DNA from: a virus
Taxonomy: Duplodnaviria > Caudoviricetes
DNA length: 38,151 bases
Virus record (IMG/VR): IMGVR_UViG_3300012914_000005
Span: 1 to 38,151 of that record
Reading direction: 5' to 3' (one strand)
Below, piece after piece: positions 34,049 through 38,151 of the stretch; positions within the stretch are counted from its first letter, which is position 1; every line of letters starts with the position of its first letter. The notes below the pieces were generated by a model. The model was not told the DNA's origin, made no database searches, and saw only the letters and a list, made by a program, of their open reading frames with translations. A program made the translations under genes and the position numbers.

Positions 34049-34807
34049 TCATGCGCTCAGCCGCCGCTGCAGGTCGTCGAACCGCTTGTCGTCGATCGCA
34101 CTCAGTGCGGCGGCCCGGGTCGCCGCGGCCACGTCCACCGGCGCCGCCCGTAGGCCCGCACCCACGGTCATCGGGTTGGCGCCGTAGCCGACGATCGCCA
34201 CGTCGCCCCGGTGGATGTTCACCTTGCGGATGGTGAAGGTGCTGAAGTCCTCGGACCAGCGGCCCTCGTCGATGGTGAAGCGGAAGCTCATCTCGTCGAT
34301 GAGCTTCAGCTCCATCTTGGTGACGATGTACTGCGTGTCAAAATCCTGCAGCTGCAGGGACGGGGCCACGGACCGCAGTCCGGTGTGCTCCCCGTCCGTC
34401 ACCTCGGTCAGCTCCAGCGGGGAGAACGGGTTGGTAGGGGTGGACAGCACGGCGATCCGCTTGCTGCTGACGTGGTCCAGGACCAGCGGCACGTGCAGAT
34501 CGGACTGCGCCAGCGTCTGCTCAAAAGCCCCCACCGCAACGATCTCATCGTAGGGCCCGAGAAAGTCGTACATCTCGTACGGCTTGCCGGTGACCGAGGC
34601 CATGCCCTCGAACCTCACGGCGTCCGGCGTCTTGCTGCCGGACGCCGCCCGCTCGACACCGCACGCCGATCGGACCGGGGGAATCCAGAGCCGGGGTGCG
34701 CCGCTGGACTCCGGCGCGCTGCGCTCACGGGGGCGGTCGGCCAGCTCACGATACTTGAGGGCGCGCGCCGCTGCAGCGTCCGCCCGGTTCAGCTGGGAAT
34801 CAGCCAC
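34049..34807 (-). CDS. HK97-type prohead protease
   Basis: FEGMASV, EIVAVGAFEQTL, LDH, EMSFRF, DVAIVGYGANP. Confidence 0.9.
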   Translation of the reverse strand: MADSQLNRADAAAARALKYRELADRPRERSAPESSGAPRLWIPPVRSACGVERAASGSKTPDAVRFEGMASVTGKPYEMYDFLGPYDEIVAVGAFEQTLAQSDLHVPLVLDHVSSKRIAVLSTPTNPFSPLELTEVTDGEHTGLRSVAPSLQLQDFDTQYIVTKMELKLIDEMSFRFTIDEGRWSEDFSTFTIRKVNIHRGDVAIVGYGANPMTVGAGLRAAPVDVAAATRAAALSAIDDKRFDDLQRRLSA

Positions 34808-36018
34808 GGTGTGCCCGCTTTCTGTACCGGCCCGGCCGGGGTGGCCGGTGCCTTGCTCATCTGGGAAAAGGTACCGAGGTCCGCCAGGTCTTCCGGGGTG
34901 AACGGCCCGAGGTTATCCAGCGCTCGCAGTTCGGTCTTGGTGCGCAGCTGGCCGGTGTTCAGCAGGGCCATCAGCTGAGCCTTGCTCATCGGGTCCATGC
35001 GCAGCAGGGAGTCCGTGTTCATCCGGAGTTTCCACGGCTTCGGGAGCGCGTTCTCGGACCAGTAGTTCTGTAGCCGGACCACGGAGGGGCCCAGCTCGGT
35101 GACCAGGAACTGCAGGTTCGCGCTCAAAGCATTGGCGTAGGTGATGTTTCCAGTGCTGACCTCGACGTCAATCAGCCCCGCCGGCACCCCGACATACCGC
35201 GCCACGTCCTTTTCGGAGTTCGTTTTCTGGTCCAGGAACCCGGCGGTGGCAATCGTCGTCGCGGCCGGGGTCCACTCCCACTCAGCACCGTGCACGAAAA
35301 TGTCTCCGCCAAGGGTGGATTCCTTGAATCCTTCCTTGGCGGCGGTACGCACATCGTTGCTCAGCTTGTCTGACTGTACGTTCTTCAGAGTGCCCCGGGG
35401 CAGTGCGCCGTTGCCGAACCAGTCCAGGGCGAACTCCTGGGCGCTGGCGTAGATCCCCATCGAGTATGCGGCGTACGCCAGCGGTGCCAGGCCGAGGCCG
35501 AAACCCGCCATGGTGTACTGCTTTTCATGCCAGATATCCCGGGGCTGGTAGTACTCGTTCCCGATCTTCCACTGCTCGACCCGACCGCCGGACATCTGCG
35601 CCTTGCACTGCTCCATCAGCTGCAGCTCGATCACCGCCGGTAGGCCCAGGGCGTTGCGCTCACGGATGATGCCCACCGCGTTGCCGTACCGGTCCAGGTC
35701 GATCTGCCGGCTGTAAAGGAACTCCGTGATGTCGACCCCGGGGGACGGGCTGGAGAACAGCCGGCCCGGGCTGGGCACCGGGACCAGCACGCCATCACGC
35801 TCCCGGACGACGTCGATCGGGAACGTGGACATCAGGTTGGCGCGCAGCCTCAGCCCCGCCCACCACACGCTGTTCTTGAACGCGCCCTCAGCGGTCACGA
35901 CCGGCAGGACCGCCTGGTTCCGCCGGCTCCGATCGCCGATCATGGAATCAAGATTGGGCTCCCGGTCGTGCTGGCCGAGCAGGATGCGGGCCGCATCACC
36001 GAACCTGCCCATTGCCAC
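34789..36018 (-). CDS. portal protein (HK97 family)
   Basis: LDRYGNA, GLAPL, WFGNGALPRGTL, VARYVGVP, ITYAN, ELRALDNLGP. Confidence 0.93.
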   Translation of the reverse strand: MAMGRFGDAARILLGQHDREPNLDSMIGDRSRRNQAVLPVVTAEGAFKNSVWWAGLRLRANLMSTFPIDVVRERDGVLVPVPSPGRLFSSPSPGVDITEFLYSRQIDLDRYGNAVGIIRERNALGLPAVIELQLMEQCKAQMSGGRVEQWKIGNEYYQPRDIWHEKQYTMAGFGLGLAPLAYAAYSMGIYASAQEFALDWFGNGALPRGTLKNVQSDKLSNDVRTAAKEGFKESTLGGDIFVHGAEWEWTPAATTIATAGFLDQKTNSEKDVARYVGVPAGLIDVEVSTGNITYANALSANLQFLVTELGPSVVRLQNYWSENALPKPWKLRMNTDSLLRMDPMSKAQLMALLNTGQLRTKTELRALDNLGPFTPEDLADLGTFSQMSKAPATPAGPVQKAGTPWLIPS

Positions 36019-36021
36019 CGC

Positions 36022-38067
36022 CTACCATGCGTCGTCACCGTAGATCTCCTGATCACCGAATCTTAGCTGTGCCCAGTGTGCCAGTGTGCAGGCGACCAAG
36101 GGAGAGATGTCGGTCTTGGTCTCCTCGGCTGATTTCTTCCGGGTCCAGGCCCACGAGTCCAGCAGCGGCCTGGTCTCGGCCCCGGTGACCGCCAGCTCCA
36201 GAGCCGGATCACTGAGGTGTGCCAGGGCCCCCTGGTCGACCGCGTCATAGAACATGCCGCACGCCCCGGCCATCTCCTGAGTCGTGGTCACGTGGTGGCG
36301 GATGTAGTTGTTCTCCAGCTCCGGGATCAGGGAGCGTGCCGGACCGGCAGCGTCCAGCACCACAGCGGCGACCTCCTGCTTTTCTTTCAGCTCCAGCAGC
36401 CGCTCGATCACCCACTCCGTGCCCGGGCGGTAGTCCAGGACCCGGACCATCGGCACACCGGTGGAGCCCAGGGAGCCCATGGCGATCGTGGCATGGCGGC
36501 GGTCGGCCGAGACGTCGACCGCCAACACCGGCCGGGTGACCCGCTTGACGTCCGGCTGGTGACAGGCTTCCCACTTGCCGGCCCGGAACACCGGCTCGGA
36601 CCGGCGGTCCACCCAGATGTTCAGGAAGGCTCGCAGCCAGGTGGTGAGCTTGCCCTCCTGGACCAGCGTCTGATACTCCCCGCGCAGTGCTTCGACCGTC
36701 TGGGTGTGGCCCAGCGCGGGCATGACCCGCCGCCACATCTCCTCATCCCCGGGGTCGAACCCGGGCGCCTTGTCGTCGGCCGAGAATTCGATGTAGGCAA
36801 TCCCGTACCCGGAGTCGGTCTCAGCCGCGGCCCGGCCGACGTCGACCTTGCCCCGGTACCAGGTCGACGTGGCGTCCCCCGCGGTGGAGGGGAACCACAG
36901 CTGGGCCATGGGCCGGGTGATCGTGGCCGGTCGCCACGCTCCCTCCACCGCGTCATCGGTCTGGGCGAAACCCTCATCCAGAACGCCGAAGTCCAGCACC
37001 TCACCATGGCTGGAATCGCTCTTGGTCGGCACCGGCTGGAACGTCGAGTCGCTGGCAGTGAAGGTGATATTCGTAGCGCCAGAGCCGACTTTCGTGGTGA
37101 ACCGGTCGGACATCACCTCGGAGTGGCGCAGGTCGGCGATGTACTCTTTCTTGAATTTCTTGTCCGCGGCAAGTTGCGTCTGGGCCGCATACAGCATGTT
37201 CTGCCGGCCACCGAAAGGCTTGCCGGCCTCGGCCCGACCGACCACCACCGACAGGATGATCGTGGTCTTACCGGACTGACGGGGCACGGTGGCCACCACC
37301 TGCCGGTAGCAGAGCTTGCCAGTCTCGTCGACCTCCCCCGCCAGGTCTGCGGCGTACCGCTGCCAGGGCATGAACGGGCGGCCCAGGGCCTCGGCCACCC
37401 GGGCCCAGTACGGACCCCAGGTCCTGCGCTCCAGCCGGCGCGGCGTGGCCCAGCGCGGGGTGCAGACTCCGAAGTCCACCGCCGGGCTCAGCTCCGGGCG
37501 CACGGCTCCGAAGATCCCTGCCTCGACCTGCGGCTCCGCGATGTCGGCCGCGGCTTTCTCCGCCGGGGTGGCCGGCGCCAGCAGCTCAGCCCTGATCTGC
37601 TGCAGCGCCTTGAGGCCGGACAGCTTGTCCTTGAGCTTGGAGGCCGGTACCTGGTCCACCGCCCGGGCCGTGTCCAGGGCGATCTCGACCAGCAGTCCGG
37701 TGCGGCTGCCGAGCTCAGCGCGTAGGGCCTGTTCCAGGGGGCCGGGGGCTGCCGCCGTGTCCACCTCTGCCGTGGTGACAGCCCGGGCAGGGACGGCCGT
37801 GGAGACACTGCCAGGCGGCACCGGGGGTCGGGCCAGCTCAGCCGACCGGTCCGGTGCCGAGTCAGAGAATAGCTGGTCCGGGGGCTGGACGTCACGGTCG
37901 GCCGGCGGCGGGTCCTCGGCTGGCTTGGTCTTGGCCCCGGCTTTGCAGATCGGGCAGCGCTCCGGCAGGGGTCCCCGTTGGCCCGGCTTGGTCATGTGCG
38001 GATCACCGCACGATCCGCACACGTAGGCGCGCGGCATCGGGGGCTTGGGGACGTAGGGGCGAGGCAC
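36022..38067 (-). CDS. terL: terminase large subunit with TerS-like N-terminal extension
   Basis: MPWQ, VPRQSGKTT, VLDE, STAG, LAVDVS, DISPLVAC; ~190 aa N-terminal extension. Confidence 0.93.
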   Translation of the reverse strand: MPRPYVPKPPMPRAYVCGSCGDPHMTKPGQRGPLPERCPICKAGAKTKPAEDPPPADRDVQPPDQLFSDSAPDRSAELARPPVPPGSVSTAVPARAVTTAEVDTAAAPGPLEQALRAELGSRTGLLVEIALDTARAVDQVPASKLKDKLSGLKALQQIRAELLAPATPAEKAAADIAEPQVEAGIFGAVRPELSPAVDFGVCTPRWATPRRLERRTWGPYWARVAEALGRPFMPWQRYAADLAGEVDETGKLCYRQVVATVPRQSGKTTIILSVVVGRAEAGKPFGGRQNMLYAAQTQLAADKKFKKEYIADLRHSEVMSDRFTTKVGSGATNITFTASDSTFQPVPTKSDSSHGEVLDFGVLDEGFAQTDDAVEGAWRPATITRPMAQLWFPSTAGDATSTWYRGKVDVGRAAAETDSGYGIAYIEFSADDKAPGFDPGDEEMWRRVMPALGHTQTVEALRGEYQTLVQEGKLTTWLRAFLNIWVDRRSEPVFRAGKWEACHQPDVKRVTRPVLAVDVSADRRHATIAMGSLGSTGVPMVRVLDYRPGTEWVIERLLELKEKQEVAAVVLDAAGPARSLIPELENNYIRHHVTTTQEMAGACGMFYDAVDQGALAHLSDPALELAVTGAETRPLLDSWAWTRKKSAEETKTDISPLVACTLAHWAQLRFGDQEIYGDDAW

Positions 38068-38073
38068 GGTGCC

Positions 38074-38082
38074 AGTCTGTCA
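38074..38082 (-). promoter_or_regulatory. extended -10 element for a leaderless terminase transcript
   Basis: TGA-CAGACT 6 nt before GTG 38067; same geometry as TGA-CAGAAT before 9075. Confidence 0.45.
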
Positions 38083-38151
38083 CAGGGGATGAACAACCCC
38101 ATCACTGCAGGTCAGAGCCCTAGAGCGCCATTCGGCGGGAAAAAAGTTGAC

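Noticed and set aside
36217-37725. 502 aa plus-strand ORF
   Set aside because: Antisense shadow of terminase

Overview
The window looks like an essentially complete ~38 kb genome of a high-GC (actinobacterial) siphovirus, opened near its packaging end. The virion and lysis operon runs on the minus strand from the right end: terminase (apparently a TerS-TerL fusion), portal, HK97-type protease, major capsid, accessory virion genes including a glycerophosphodiester phosphodiesterase, head-tail adaptor, tail genes with a probably frameshifted chaperone, tape measure, minor tail proteins, M15 endolysin, membrane proteins and an r1t-type holin. A divergent promoter at ~9.1 kb drives two arms. The plus arm carries an SF2 helicase, a PD-(D/E)XK exonuclease, a Pro-rich probable ssDNA-binding protein and then a chain of ten translationally coupled micro-genes. 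The minus arm carries an HTH protein, family A DNA polymerase, a degenerate Prim-Pol, a Prim-Pol/AAA helicase, an iteron-rich origin and endonuclease VII. The left end holds a low-GC cytosine-methyltransferase-like gene, an AlpA-like gene and an HNH gene. No integrase, clear CI repressor or LysB was recognised. The most unusual feature is a ~370 nt non-coding array (1629-1996, minus strand) starting at a near-consensus sigma-A promoter. It contains three multibranch RNAs that all begin GUCAGCAGG, alternating with two ~60 nt tRNA-like folds that lack a normal anticodon arm. All product calls come from motif recognition and synteny by eye, not database searches.
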